63,950 nt of DNA from NCBI RefSeq assembly GCF_001194135.2, contig NC_068984.1, forward strand, positions 140,916,003-140,979,952. Reading direction: 5' to 3'. Positions 63,578-63,950 of this stretch are shown one piece after another; position 1 is the first letter of the stretch; each line of letters opens with the position of its first letter. A program made the translations under genes and the position numbers. Source of the DNA: Octopus bimaculoides. Taxonomy: Eukaryota. A model generated the notes under the pieces. That model was not told where the DNA came from, ran no database searches, and saw only the letters and a list, made by a program, of their open reading frames with translations.

Positions 63578-63950
63578 TGTATATGTATATGTATATGTAT
63601 ATATAGATATAGATATAATACATGTAATATATATATGTATCTATATATATATTTATGTATGCATACATGTGTGTGTGTATATATATATATATATGTATGT
63701 ATATATACATGTATATGTATGTGTATATATACGTGTATATGTATGTGTATATATACATGTATATATATATGTATACATACATATACATACATACATACAT
63801 ACATATATACATACATATATATGTACACATACATACATACATGTATACATATTCATACACACACACACACACACACACATATCTGCATATATATGTACAT
63901 GTGTATGTATATATTTATATATATATACACATATATATATGTATATATAT

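Noticed and set aside
285-63880. Most ORFs in the supplied track (YIYI, THTH, CVCV, poly-I/N/H and X-run proteins)
   Set aside because: They are translations of microsatellites, SINEs or N gaps, with no domain motifs.

Overview
Repeat-dense, gap-containing animal genomic DNA. The SINE/RTE/microsatellite landscape points to an octopus (coleoid cephalopod); this is an inference. There is one intact host gene: a 3-exon YAE1 orthologue on + (CDS 29829-29999, 58495-58616, 61372-61810; 243 aa) with a 28.5-kb TE-filled first intron. Upstream on - is a decayed, intronless receptor guanylate cyclase pseudogene (TM, kinase-homology domain, start of cyclase) fused directly to an RTE LINE 3' fragment. 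The rest is SINEs, LINE remnants (RTE, CR1/L2, Tx1, three RLE types), hAT and piggyBac MITEs, two Gypsy relics and microsatellites. The most notable observation is five minimal type-I hammerhead ribozyme motifs in five unrelated short repeats. Three sit in the loop of fold-back elements with 45-122 bp terminal inverted repeats that would ordinarily be annotated as DNA MITEs. One of these is sense-oriented in YAE1 intron 2 as a near-perfect 122-bp hairpin. SINE and LINE fragment boundaries are approximate, and almost all ORF-track entries are microsatellite artefacts.
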